Source: Phycisphaerae bacterium (GTDB lineage Bacteria > Planctomycetota > Phycisphaerae > UBA1845). Taken from it: a stretch of 64,000 bases of DNA. Numbering within the stretch: position 1 is the stretch's first letter; every line of letters starts with the position of its first letter. Positions 39,088 to 49,800 of the stretch are shown in pieces. Under the pieces are notes generated by a model. It saw nothing but the letters and a program-made list of their open reading frames with translations, had not been told where the DNA came from and ran no database searches. The DNA is taken from the NCBI GenBank assembly GCA_963666835.2, contig CAXXGO010000001.1, forward strand, positions 352,001 to 416,000, given 5' to 3'. The position numbers were made by a program, and so were the translations under genes.

Positions 39088-42000
39088 ATGAAAACGAAAT
39101 CCTTTGTCGCCGCGGCGCGGGTACGATGGTCGAGAGAATCCAGGGCGTTTTGTGCCTTGCCGATTGTGCTTGCCGTGGTCGGGATCGTTGCGGCTTCGGT
39201 AGTTGCGGCTCCGAGCCAGACTGAGAAGAAGGCTCCGGATGCGGTGCCGGTTATCAAGATCGACAACCCGATCCACGACTTCGGGACTAAGTGGATCGGT
39301 CCGATGCTGGACCATACCTACACGATCAAGAATGAGGGCACCGAGGCTCTCGAGATCATCAAGGTGCGGCCGGCCTGCGGCTGCACGGTGGCCGGGGAGT
39401 ACCCCAAGAGCATCGCCCCGGGCGAGTCCGGCAAGTTCCCGTTCACGCTCAACAGCAAGAAGCTCCGCGGGAAGTACGAGAAGTCGATTACGGTCACTAC
39501 GAACGACCCGGTGACTCCGGAATTGAAGCTCAAGCTTCGTGGGGAATGCAAGCGTTACATTGACGTGCTGCCGACCGCCGCCAATTTCGGGAAGGTCGTG
39601 GACAACGAGCCTAAACGTAAGGACATCGGGATTAAGAACAACACCGATGATCCGCTGAAGCTGACGTTGACCAAGACGGAAGACGGGCCGTTTGCGTTTG
39701 AACTCGTCGAGAAGACGGCGGGTAAGGACTTTGACGTGCATGTGTCCATGAAGCCTCCGTACACCCCGGGGACTTTCCGCGGCACCACGACCGTATTGAG
39801 CAACATTGAATCCCAGAAGGAGATTACGGTTCGGGCGACGGCGCGGGTGCCCGAACGGCTCGAACTGCAGCCTTCTCAGATTACCTATGACCCGAACAAG
39901 TTCAAGGATAGGGGCTTCTCACGCTCGGTTCGGTTTGTCAACTACGGAAACGAGCCCGTCCAGGTGGTCGACGTAACCACGGACGACCCGGACCACATCA
40001 ACTTGGCGTTCAAAGAGCGTACGCCCGGCAAGGCGTACACGATCCAGGTTGATATCCCGGCCGGTTACTCGCCTCCCGAAGGCGGGCGGGAAATCGTGAT
40101 CAAGACCGACGATACCAAGCAGCCTGCCATCGTTCTTCCGGTGACGCAGGTGGCGGCCCGTGCGGCAGAGAGCCTCCAGGCTAAGGCCGCCGAGAAGGCC
40201 AAGGCCGCCGAGAAGGGCAATGACGCCGAGAAACCCAAGGCCACGGTGGCCAATAAGGACAAGGCCAAGCCGTCCGAGAAGAAACGCACGGAACCAAAGA
40301 GGGCCCGGAGGGGGCGCCCGGCCGAGGAGATGGTTGGCCAGCAGGTTCCGTCGTTCGAAGCCACCACGGTTGTCGGGGAGAAGTTGAACGCCGAGTCCTT
40401 TATCGGCAAGGTGACGGTTCTGGATTTCTTCTCCAAGCGTTGCGGTCACTGCATGAAGCAGATCCCGCGGCTTGAGACGGTGCGGCAGAAGTACGCGGCC
40501 AAGGGAGTTCGGTTCGTGGCGATCGGCGCCGGCGGAACCGACGAGGAATTGAAGGCCAAGACCGCTTCGCTCGGTTTCAAGGGCGAGTTGGTCATCGATT
40601 CCGCCAAGAAGATCAGCCCGCTGTTCAAGGTGAGCGGGGTGCCTTCCATGGCGATCGTGGGCAAGGCCGGCATAGTTGAGGCCGTCAACGTCGGAAACGT
40701 TGGTGATCTCGAGGAGCGTATGGCCAAGCAGCTCGATGCGATGCTGGCGGGCAAGCCGGTTCCGGAGATCGATCGCGCACCATCGAAGGCTCAGGAGAAG
40801 GGTAAGAACCAGCCGCGTCCGGCCGAGGAGATGGTCGGGAAGGTCGTACCGGACTTTGATGCCACGACAGTGACAGGAGAGAAGATCTCTTCCAAGTCGT
40901 TTACGGGCCAGGTCACGGTGCTCGACTTCTTCTCGAAGCGTTGCGGGCACTGCATGAAGCAGATCCCCCGGGTCGAGGCGATGCGACAGAAGTACGCCGA
41001 CAAGGCGGTCCGCTTTGTGGCGATTGGCGGCGGCGGTACGGAAGACGAACTGAAGGCTAAGGTCGCCGAGCTTGGCTTCAAGGGCGATTTGATTGCGGAT
41101 ATCTCTCAGAAGATCAGCCCACTCTTCGGCGTTCGCGGAGTTCCTTCAATGGCTATCGTCGGCAAGACCGGCAAGGTCGAAGCCGTCAACGTCGGGAACC
41201 TCCGGGATCTCGAAGATCGGATGACCTCGCAGATCGACGCGATGTTGGCCGGCAAGCCGGTTCCGCAGATTGCCGAGACGCCGCCGAAAGCTCCTGATCG
41301 GGGCGCGAACAAGCCGCGTCCAGCCGAGGAGATGGTTGGAAAGGTCGTGCCGGATTTCGATGCCACGACAGTGACAGGAGAGAAGATTTCGTCCAAGTCA
41401 TTCGTGGGCAAGGTCACGGTGCTCGACTTCTTCTCGAAGCGCTGCGGGCACTGCATGAAGCAGATCCCCCGGGTCGAGGCGATGCGGAAGAAGTACGCGG
41501 CTAAGGGCGTCCGGTTTGTGGCGGTCGGTGCGGGTGGTACCGAAGACGAAATCAAAGCTAAAATTGCGGAGCTGGGCTTCGAGGGCGACCTGGTGGCGGA
41601 TGTTTCCCGGAAGATCAGTCCGCTCTTTGGGGTTCGCGGTGTTCCCTCCATGGCGATCGTCGGCAAGAGCGGCAAGGTCGAAGCCGTCAACGTCGGGAAC
41701 CTCCGGGATCTGGAAGACCGCATGACGAAGCAGTTGGATGCCATGCTGGCCGGCAAGCCCGTCCCCCAGGTGGCGGAGAATACCCCGCCCCCGTCCCCGC
41801 CCACCAAGGAACCGACCAAGGCTCCCACAACGGAGTTGGTCGGAAACCCGGCGCCCAAGTTCGACCTGACCACTCTCGAGGGCGAGAAGCTCAACAACGA
41901 GACGGTGGCTGGGACGGTCGTCGTGCTGGATTTCTTCGCTACCAACTGCGGCTACTGCAAGAAGCAGATTCCGCGGGTCGAGGCAATACGGCAGAAGTAT

Positions 42001-42783
42001 GCGGACAAGGGCGTGCGGTTTGTGGCGGTCAGCCAGAAGATGCGCACGGAGTCCACCGTTGACGAAGTCAAGGCCAAGCTCGACGAGTTCGGTTTCAAGG
42101 GCGAGGCTGCAATCAATCATACCAACTCGGTCGGTCGGGCATTCGGCGCCACCGGGTTCCCGACTATGGCCGTGATCGGCAAGGACGGGAAGCTTGGTTC
42201 GGTGAACGTCGGTAATATCGCGGATCTCGAAACCAAACTGGAGGCTCAGCTTGATGCCTTGATCGCCGGCCAGCCGATTCCGGAGAAGTTCGTCGGAAAA
42301 CCGCGAACAAGGGGCAGCAGGCAGCGCCCGGCTATGGAGTTAATAGGTAAGACGGCGCCGGCTTTCTCGGCCACGACTATGGACGGAAAGGCCGTGGGTG
42401 ATGCGGACTTCGCGAACCACCCGGCGACCGTGTTGAACTTCGTTGCTCCGAATTGTGGCTACTGCAAGAAAGCGCTTCCCAATGTTGAGAAGGTGCGGGC
42501 ATCGTACGAGCAGAAGGGCGTGCGTTTCGTCAACATGGCCCAGTCCATGCGTAAGGAGTATCCGGCAGACGAAGTGGTCAAGATCTTCACGGAAGCCGGC
42601 TCGAACCTGGAGCTGTCTTACGACCCCAAGAACGAAGTAGGCAAGAAGTTCAAAGCCACTAGTTTCCCCACGATGGTCGTTGTGGGCAAAGACGGGAAGG
42701 TCGCGGCCGTGAACATCGGAGCCAAGCCCGATCTGGAGACCCTGTTGAAGGGGCAGCTCGACAAGCTCATTGCGAACCAGTAG
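39088..42783 (+). CDS. Exported DUF1573/Ig-like protein with five tandem TlpA/redoxin-type thioredoxin domains
   Basis: Signal/TM; HDFG..ACGCT..IAPGESG (DUF1573-like); CGHC at 40441, 40942, 41443; CGYC at 41947, 42454; GVPS/GFPT/SFPT cis-Pro loops. Confidence 0.92.
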   Translation: MKTKSFVAAARVRWSRESRAFCALPIVLAVVGIVAASVVAAPSQTEKKAPDAVPVIKIDNPIHDFGTKWIGPMLDHTYTIKNEGTEALEIIKVRPACGCTVAGEYPKSIAPGESGKFPFTLNSKKLRGKYEKSITVTTNDPVTPELKLKLRGECKRYIDVLPTAANFGKVVDNEPKRKDIGIKNNTDDPLKLTLTKTEDGPFAFELVEKTAGKDFDVHVSMKPPYTPGTFRGTTTVLSNIESQKEITVRATARVPERLELQPSQITYDPNKFKDRGFSRSVRFVNYGNEPVQVVDVTTDDPDHINLAFKERTPGKAYTIQVDIPAGYSPPEGGREIVIKTDDTKQPAIVLPVTQVAARAAESLQAKAAEKAKAAEKGNDAEKPKATVANKDKAKPSEKKRTEPKRARRGRPAEEMVGQQVPSFEATTVVGEKLNAESFIGKVTVLDFFSKRCGHCMKQIPRLETVRQKYAAKGVRFVAIGAGGTDEELKAKTASLGFKGELVIDSAKKISPLFKVSGVPSMAIVGKAGIVEAVNVGNVGDLEERMAKQLDAMLAGKPVPEIDRAPSKAQEKGKNQPRPAEEMVGKVVPDFDATTVTGEKISSKSFTGQVTVLDFFSKRCGHCMKQIPRVEAMRQKYADKAVRFVAIGGGGTEDELKAKVAELGFKGDLIADISQKISPLFGVRGVPSMAIVGKTGKVEAVNVGNLRDLEDRMTSQIDAMLAGKPVPQIAETPPKAPDRGANKPRPAEEMVGKVVPDFDATTVTGEKISSKSFVGKVTVLDFFSKRCGHCMKQIPRVEAMRKKYAAKGVRFVAVGAGGTEDEIKAKIAELGFEGDLVADVSRKISPLFGVRGVPSMAIVGKSGKVEAVNVGNLRDLEDRMTKQLDAMLAGKPVPQVAENTPPPSPPTKEPTKAPTTELVGNPAPKFDLTTLEGEKLNNETVAGTVVVLDFFATNCGYCKKQIPRVEAIRQKYADKGVRFVAVSQKMRTESTVDEVKAKLDEFGFKGEAAINHTNSVGRAFGATGFPTMAVIGKDGKLGSVNVGNIADLETKLEAQLDALIAGQPIPEKFVGKPRTRGSRQRPAMELIGKTAPAFSATTMDGKAVGDADFANHPATVLNFVAPNCGYCKKALPNVEKVRASYEQKGVRFVNMAQSMRKEYPADEVVKIFTEAGSNLELSYDPKNEVGKKFKATSFPTMVVVGKDGKVAAVNIGAKPDLETLLKGQLDKLIANQ

Positions 42784-42833
42784 TCGTTCGGTAGTGCTCG
42801 CGGGCTTGATACCCGCATGATTGACAGTCTCCC

Positions 42834-42880
42834 CGGCAGCCCTTCCGTCTCTCTGCGGAGACGGGAGGGCTGTCCTTTTG
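42834..42880 (+). terminator. Rho-independent terminator
   Basis: GGCAGCCCTTCCGTCTC-TCTGCG-GAGACGGGAGGGCTGTCC-TTTT. Confidence 0.8.
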
Positions 42881-43030
42881 CGCCCGCTCTTCGGCGCGGC
42901 TCACCGCACCCCAACATGTCGATGGCGGATGGGGCCGACCCACTATCTGTGTCGGCCGGGTCCGAGCCGTTTCCGGCGGTAGCATCATTCCGCAGGCCTT
43001 GTGGAAAGTTGTCGGAGCTGGAGAAAAGCG

Positions 43031-43079
43031 TTGACGATCTCCGACAGATGTAGTAGGTTGCCTACGACTGATGTAGTAG
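43031..43079 (+). promoter_or_regulatory. Promoter overlapped by tandem BlaI-type operator palindromes
   Basis: TTGACG-17 nt-TAGGTT; CTCCGACAGATGTAGTAG (43039-43056) and CTACGACTGATGTAGTAG (43062-43079). Confidence 0.8.
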
Positions 43080-43102
43080 GTTTGCGAGTTGGTGAATATT
43101 CG

Positions 43103-43489
43103 ATGGCGAAACGTCAATACGATCTTGGAGACGCGGAGCTCGGGGTTCTCCGAGCGTTGTGGGATGTGGGGCCGGCCACGGTGCGCGACGTACTTGAACA
43201 CCTGCACGAACGTGGGCGGCGGGTGGCGTACACTACGGTGCAGACTTTGCTGACGCGGCTGGAACAGAAGCGTTACGTCGCGAGCGACAAGTCCGGTCTG
43301 GCGTTCGTCTATCGTTCGAAGGTCTCACGCGAACGCATCAGCCGGTCGCGGCTGAGTTCGCTGCTGACTCAGTTGTACGACGGCGCTGCGGGCCCGTTGG
43401 TGCTGCAACTTATTCGTACCGAACGACTAAAACCGGATGAGATCGAAGAACTGCAGAAACTGATCGAAGAACTCGATACTCGATCGTAA
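43103..43489 (+). CDS. BlaI/MecI/CopY-family repressor
   Basis: LGDAELGVLRALW..ATVRDV..AYTTVQTLLTRLEQK..Y; precedes the M56 gene. Confidence 0.93.
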   Translation: MAKRQYDLGDAELGVLRALWDVGPATVRDVLEHLHERGRRVAYTTVQTLLTRLEQKRYVASDKSGLAFVYRSKVSRERISRSRLSSLLTQLYDGAAGPLVLQLIRTERLKPDEIEELQKLIEELDTRS

Positions 43490-43522
43490 CACGTAGCAGG
43501 CTAAGGCGGGGATCAACAGGTC

Positions 43523-46500
43523 ATGTGGGAAGTATTTCCAACAGACGTATTGTGGCGAAGCGCGTTGGCGGTGATACCGCTGGCCGTGATTGTCGCCCTT
43601 GTCTGCCGTCGCCTGCCGGGCCGGCCGGCGTTGCGTCATAGCCTCTGGTTCATGGTGTTGCTCTGGCCGCTGATGGCCCCTGTTTTGCCAAGTCTGGACG
43701 TTCCCGGCGAGTTAGCCGCGCAGGTATTGCCGGATCCGGGGGGAACCGAGCGGGTTGCCGCGGTGACGCCTCTTGAAGAGCCAAGACCGGTCCCGCCGGC
43801 AGCGTTCGGGGGTTCGGGATCCGCGGCGAACGTAACTGGTGTTAAGTTGAGGACCGTCGAACCGGCGAGGACCGGGCCACATCGCACTTTGGTGCCTCGA
43901 AACGGGTTGACGACGGAATCGCATAGCGCAGCCTCCCGCCCAGAGCCGTGCTCGCCCTTTGAGCTCGCCCGGGCGACCGGCTTTGGCGGGGGGCTTCTTG
44001 AACAAGTTCAGCTTGCGGAACGCCGTCGCGGCATCAGGTCGCAGCACGATCGGGTCGACGAACGGTCGAGCGTCGGTTTGTTCGACAATCCAGCGGCGGC
44101 TTCTTTGGAGGTGCCGGCAGCGGCCGCCACGGCGCGGGACGGGACCGAGTTCGGCGAACCCGAAGGAGTCTGCCCATTCGAGGTGGGCCCCGAAGTTGAG
44201 CCCGAGCAGGCCTTCTGTTTGTTGATGATGCCGGATGGTGCGTTCCTGGAAAGCGAATCAGCCCAGAGCGCGGGGGCGCCGCCGAAGGTTGCGTTGAGTT
44301 TGCCGGCAGTGTCGGAGAACGCTGCGGAGGCTGAACCCGGCGGCGCGTGTCTTGAATGGGCGACGTGGCTCGCGGGCTTGGCGGCGATTCGTGACAGTGT
44401 CGGTAATCTGCCACCGATACCGGTGAAGATATGGTTGGCGGGGATCGTGCTCTTCGGGTTGGCGAAGGTTGCCGGCGTCATTCGGGCGCGCCGTCTGTTT
44501 GGTCGGGCGACCGTCGCTCCGGCGTCAGTGCGAATGACCGTATCTGCGGCGGCGGACAAGCTGGGTCTGCAGTCCGCTCCGGATACGTTCATGACTGACG
44601 AGCAGATCTCCCCGATGGTGTGGTGCGGGCGCCGGCGGCGTTTGCTGCTACCGCGGGCGTTGTGGGCGCAGTTCGACGATGCGGGCCGCGCGGCGATCGT
44701 GTGCCACGAGCTGGCTCATCTGCGCCGCCGGGACCATTTGGTTTGCTGGATAGAAACTCTGGTCGGCGGATTGTACTGGTGGCATCCCCTGGTGTGGTGG
44801 GTGCGCCGTCATCTACGGGCAGAGGCCGAGCTGGCGTGCGATGCCTGGGTCATCTGGTCCTTGCCGAACGGGCGACGGGCCTATGCCGAGGCGTTGCTGG
44901 CCACGAAGCAGTTTGTGGGAACGAATAGAAGTCCCCTGCCCGTTGGGGGTATTGGGGTGACGACCGGGCGAGCGGAGCGTTTTGGTAGGAGACTTACGAT
45001 GGTGATGACTCAGACGACAAGGCCGGGGCTCTCGTTCTCGGGTGTCGCGATTGTGGCAGCATTGGCGATGGTCGGTTGGATTGCCGTGCCGGCGCGATCC
45101 GGCCCGCCGACCGAGGAGCCGTCGGCGACCGCGGTGGCTTTGGAGACTCTGGCGATCGAACTGGCGGACAAAGGCGAGGACGTGCCTGCACTGCAAACCG
45201 TTCTTGTCGGGGATTCCGACCAGAAGAAGCTCAACAGGCGGATGAACGCCCTGGAAGCGAAACTGGATCGGTTGGCGAATCAGCTCGATCGCCTGGTGGG
45301 TGATCTTCCGGAAATCCCGCGAGTGCCGGTCGTTCCGGCCGTTCCCGCGGTTCCGGCCGTTCCCGCGGTTCCGCCTACCGCTTTGGGGACCGCCTTCCTT
45401 GGAGGCGAGACAATTGTCCAAGCCTACTCTCTTCCGGGCGAGAAACTCGAGAAACTGACGGCGCTTATGGTGCGCCCGGATGTGCCGATCCTCGTCAACC
45501 CGACCGAGGACGGCCTGGAAGTCCATGCGACCGCGGAGCAACATGCGATCTTCAAGCGGTTTGTGGAGATGATCCACCCGGAGAAGGAGAAGCGGAATGT
45601 CAAGGTGGCGCCGGGCAAGCTGGAGGCCTTGGCCGAGTTGATGATCCTCGATGACGTTCCGGTTCCGGTTCGGGCCGGCGAAGACCATATCATGGTTCAC
45701 ACCGATAGTCTGAACCAGTTAATCTTCCAGGACTTCGTAGACTTGATCGAGGAGCCGGGGAGTATCTCGGTTGCGTCGACGGTTCCGATCCAGTTGGGCG
45801 AGTTCTTCGTACACGGTGAGTCGTCGACCGGAGAGTACCAGGCAAAGAGCGACTGCAGTGGCAAGAAGAAAGCCAAAGCGGCCAAGAAAGCCAAGAAGGC
45901 TAAGAAAGCTAAGAAAGCTGAGAAGGCCAAGGGAACTAAGAAAGCCCGAAGATCCGAGCGTGTGGTTGTCGACCATGCCGGATGCGACGGTTGCGATCAC
46001 AAGAAGCACGGCGCTTGTAGCTCCTCGCACGCTGTTGCCCTCGAGCATTATGAGGCCGGAAAGCAGAGCCTTGCGGATCTGGCGAGCAGCGCGAATCTCG
46101 ACGAGCTGCTTAAGGTCACTTCCAAGTTAAGTGACGGAGCGTTCCACGGGGAGCTCAAAGTTCAGAGGAAAGCCCTCGAGACCCAGGCGCAGATGCTGGA
46201 AGCCCAGGCAATGGCGTTTATGGCCAAGGCTCGCAAACTCGTGCAGAAGGCCGAGACGGTGGAAGCCCGGGCCGACCAGCTCGAAGACCGGGCCGACCGC
46301 ATCGAAGACAAGGCCGACGATCTGAGGGGCAAGGCCGACGACGTGGCGGCATCAGAGCGCATTGCTCTTGTCACCGAGGCCGAAGCCCTGATGGCCCAGG
46401 CGAAGGAGATGGAACGGAAGGCCGGCGAACTCGAGACGAAAGCCGAGGAGATCGAGGATCTTGCCGACAGTCTGGAAGCCCAGGCCGAGGCGTTTGAGGA

Positions 46501-46576
46501 TGCCGCAGATACGATCCGCGATGCGGTGCGCCAGTTGGCCGAGGATGCCGCGCGGGTCTCGCTCGAGAGTCTGTAG
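43523..46576 (+). CDS. BlaR1-type M56 metallopeptidase signal transducer with large non-PBP extensions
   Basis: RHSLW; SPMVW; HELAHLRRRD; WWHPLVWW; ELACD; YAEAL; C-terminal coiled coil. Confidence 0.92.
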   Translation: MWEVFPTDVLWRSALAVIPLAVIVALVCRRLPGRPALRHSLWFMVLLWPLMAPVLPSLDVPGELAAQVLPDPGGTERVAAVTPLEEPRPVPPAAFGGSGSAANVTGVKLRTVEPARTGPHRTLVPRNGLTTESHSAASRPEPCSPFELARATGFGGGLLEQVQLAERRRGIRSQHDRVDERSSVGLFDNPAAASLEVPAAAATARDGTEFGEPEGVCPFEVGPEVEPEQAFCLLMMPDGAFLESESAQSAGAPPKVALSLPAVSENAAEAEPGGACLEWATWLAGLAAIRDSVGNLPPIPVKIWLAGIVLFGLAKVAGVIRARRLFGRATVAPASVRMTVSAAADKLGLQSAPDTFMTDEQISPMVWCGRRRRLLLPRALWAQFDDAGRAAIVCHELAHLRRRDHLVCWIETLVGGLYWWHPLVWWVRRHLRAEAELACDAWVIWSLPNGRRAYAEALLATKQFVGTNRSPLPVGGIGVTTGRAERFGRRLTMVMTQTTRPGLSFSGVAIVAALAMVGWIAVPARSGPPTEEPSATAVALETLAIELADKGEDVPALQTVLVGDSDQKKLNRRMNALEAKLDRLANQLDRLVGDLPEIPRVPVVPAVPAVPAVPAVPPTALGTAFLGGETIVQAYSLPGEKLEKLTALMVRPDVPILVNPTEDGLEVHATAEQHAIFKRFVEMIHPEKEKRNVKVAPGKLEALAELMILDDVPVPVRAGEDHIMVHTDSLNQLIFQDFVDLIEEPGSISVASTVPIQLGEFFVHGESSTGEYQAKSDCSGKKKAKAAKKAKKAKKAKKAEKAKGTKKARRSERVVVDHAGCDGCDHKKHGACSSSHAVALEHYEAGKQSLADLASSANLDELLKVTSKLSDGAFHGELKVQRKALETQAQMLEAQAMAFMAKARKLVQKAETVEARADQLEDRADRIEDKADDLRGKADDVAASERIALVTEAEALMAQAKEMERKAGELETKAEEIEDLADSLEAQAEAFEDAADTIRDAVRQLAEDAARVSLESL

Positions 46577-46816
46577 CACAATCGGGAGTTTCAGCGAGGG
46601 AGCTTGGCGGCGGGCGGCGGTAACGGCCGTGCCGTCGCCGGGCTTCCCCGAACGAATTCCCGCGCTTTGCCTGCACTGACCGGCGGGCCGATTTCATAAC
46701 GGCTCGTAAGGGCCTTTTCTGCCACCGGAATCTGCGAGGTCGGCAGGGGGGCAGGCACGGTCACCTTCGTGGAAAGGCCGTAGTGCCATTCCACAGTCAC
46801 GTTCCATCAGGAGGGA

Positions 46817-49800
46817 GTGTTCAACGTGTTACGCACCGGGCCTTGGTTATTAGGATTGGCAGTCGCGGTGGGGGTCGGATCGACGGTAGCCGCGTCGGGT
46901 CCGGATCAGGACCGCGCGGCGGTTCCGCGGGACTACTACAGTGCTAACGGGCTGCTGAATCGCGGGCTCTATGACCTGGCCGAGACGGAGTATCGGCGGT
47001 TTCTCAGCGAGCATGAAGACCACGACAAGGCCGCCACGGCGCGGTACGGCCTATCGGTGTGTCTCTATCGGCTTGGCCGGCATGAAGATGCCACGGTCGA
47101 GCTGGAGCGTCTGATCGCGCTGCCGGAGCCGCCGTTTGCCGCGGAAGTGCTGACCATGTTGGGGCAGTGCCGACTCGCCACAGGGCGGCATGCGGCTGCG
47201 GTGGAGGCGTTCGAGCAAGTCATCCGCGACCATCTTAAGCACGATCTGGTGGATGATGCGGTGGCCGGCGCGGCCGAAGCACTCTACCTGAGCGGCCGCT
47301 TTGATGAGGCAATCTCCAAATGCCGACTGCTGACTTCGCGCTGGCCTGACAGCCCCTTGCGGGAGCGGACGGAGTTTTTCCGAGGTCTGGCCGCGATGGG
47401 CAACGGGGACTTCGCCGCGGGGGCCGAGTGTTTCGAGGGCCTGATCTCGGAATTCCCCGACGGTCCCTTTATGGATCAGGCTTCACTTCTGTTGGCGCAG
47501 TGCCATCATCACAACAACGCAGTCGAAAACGCCTTGCGCCAGTACCGACAAGTGCTGTCTCGCTCCGGTACTCGGTTTTTTGCGGAGGCCTTGTACGGGC
47601 TTGGGGTCCTGGCGTTGCAGCAGGACCGGGCGAAGGAGGCCGGGGTTCTGTTCGACGAGTTGCTTAATCGGCACGCGGACAGCGTTCACGCCTCGTCGGC
47701 GCGGTTCTATCGCGGGCGGGCGTGGTATGAACAGGGCGAATTCGATAAAGCACTCAGCTCGTTGGAGAAGTGCGCCGAGGGTGTCAAAGACGCGACTCTG
47801 GCGGACGATGTGGCGTATTGGATGGCGAAGTGTCGGCTTAGGCAAGGGGCGTTTCCCGATGCCGCCGAGCGATTGACTGCCGCGATTGCCGCTCATCCCC
47901 AGAGCGATCTACTCCCTGAGATGTATTACGATCGAGCGATCGCACTGGTCCAAGCCGGTGAGCCCGAAGCCGGGGTGGAGGCCTTGGAGGAGTACCGAAG
48001 ACGCTATGCCGACCATTCCATGGACCCGGATGCTCTGCACCTTTTGGGCGCGACTCGGCATGAGCAGGGGCGATATGACGACAGTGCGGCATACTGTCGC
48101 GCGTTCATCGAGCAATACCCGAAGCACGAACTGGTTGCGGAGGTCGTTTTCCTCGCCGCGGAGAACGACATGCTCGCCGGCCGTTTCACGGAAGCCGCGC
48201 GAGGCTTCGATGAGTTCTTGAAGCGTTATCCCGGGGATGCCCAGGTCGTCAAGGCGGAATACCGGCTCGGTATGGCCTTGTATAACCTGCAACGCTTTGA
48301 CGAGGCCGAGGCCCGGCTTAGAAAGGTCGTTCAAAACACGGGGGCCGATGAGGCGTTTCGTCCCGGCCTGTTGGCATTGGGGGATATTCATTTTCAGCGC
48401 AGCGAGTGGGAGCAAGCTGAGCGACTTCTGAGCGATTATCTCTCTGGTGAGACGGTGGGCGGTTCCGCAGATGACGCATTACTGAAGCTGGGTTTAGCCC
48501 TGCAGAGGCAGGAAAAGCACTCCGAGGCGATCGCGGTCTTCAGCCGCCTGATCGACGGCAGTCCGGACGGGCCGCACCGCCTGCAAGCGGTGTTCGAGCG
48601 TGGGCAGGCGTTGGCTGCTCTGAAGCGCTTTGATGAGGCCCGCAAAGCGTTCGAACAGGTACTGGCCGAGGGCGGCGAGTCGCGGTTCAAGCCGTATGCT
48701 CTGAACCACTTGGGTTCGGTGGCGATGCGGGACGGCGATTTCACGGCCGCGGCGGGGTTCTTCGAGAAGGTGAACGAATCGGCGGGAACACCCGTGGACG
48801 AGGGTGAGTCTCTGTTTAATCGTGGGCAGGCGTTGTTGGCCGGCGGGAGCTTCAAGGAGGCGGAGAGCGTTTTCGGGGAATTGCTCGAACGGTTTCCCAA
48901 GCACGCCCGAGCGGGGTCCGCGACCGCTCAACTGGCGATAGCGCGTTCCCGGCAAGACCGCTGCCCCGCCGCCCTGGAGAGTATCGCCCGTATCGAGGGT
49001 GAGTCCGGAGCTAAGCTCAGCAATACCCTGCGCAGAGCGGTTCAATACGAAAAGGCCTGGTGCCTCCGTAAGGTCGGTCGCTCGGATGAGGCGGCGGATA
49101 CGTACCGAGCGCTGCTGGAGGGCAAAGGCAGCGACGACGAGCGCCGTCACGCGCTGCTCGATTTGGCCGGTATTGAGTTCGAGGCGGTGCGGTACGAGGT
49201 GGCGGCCGGCCTCCTTCGGCAGCTTGATGAGGCGATCACCGGGGCTTCGTTTACCGAGCCGGCGGACATGCGGGAACAGCGCACGTACCAGTTGGCGGTA
49301 TGCGAGTTCGAACTCAAGCGATATTCAGAGGCGGCCAAGCTGTTCGAGGAGTTCGTCGGGCTCTTTCCCGCGAGTCGTTTGCTGGCTTCGGCGAGCTTCT
49401 TCTGCGGTGAGGCCTACAGTGCCCTCGGCGACTTCAACGCGGCCGTTCCGCACTTGAGCAGAGTAGTGGAGGGCTTTCCGTCGGATCCGGTATATCCGGC
49501 GAGTATTTTGCGTCTCGGCGAGGGATTGGCGGCCTTGCAGCGCTGGCCCCGCTGTGAGCAGGTCTTCAGCGAGTATCTCAGCCGTTTCGGTGACGCCGAG
49601 CGCTGGTTCCAGGCTCAGTTCGGCGTGGGCTGGGCTCGGGAGAACCAGGGCCGGTACGATGAAGCGATCCAGGCCTATGAAGCGGTGGTGGCCCGCCATC
49701 AGGGCCCGACGGCCGCGCGCGCCCAATTCCAGATCGGTGAGTGCCTCTTCGCCAAGAAGCAGTACGACGAGGCGGTGCGTGCTCTTTTGAAGGTGGACAT

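Noticed and set aside
39919..42120. Long antisense ORFs (also 6618-8917, 22159-23265, 30134-31057, 34238-35080, 59072-59995)
   Set aside because: Shadow frames of well-supported genes in GC-rich DNA, with no recognisable motifs
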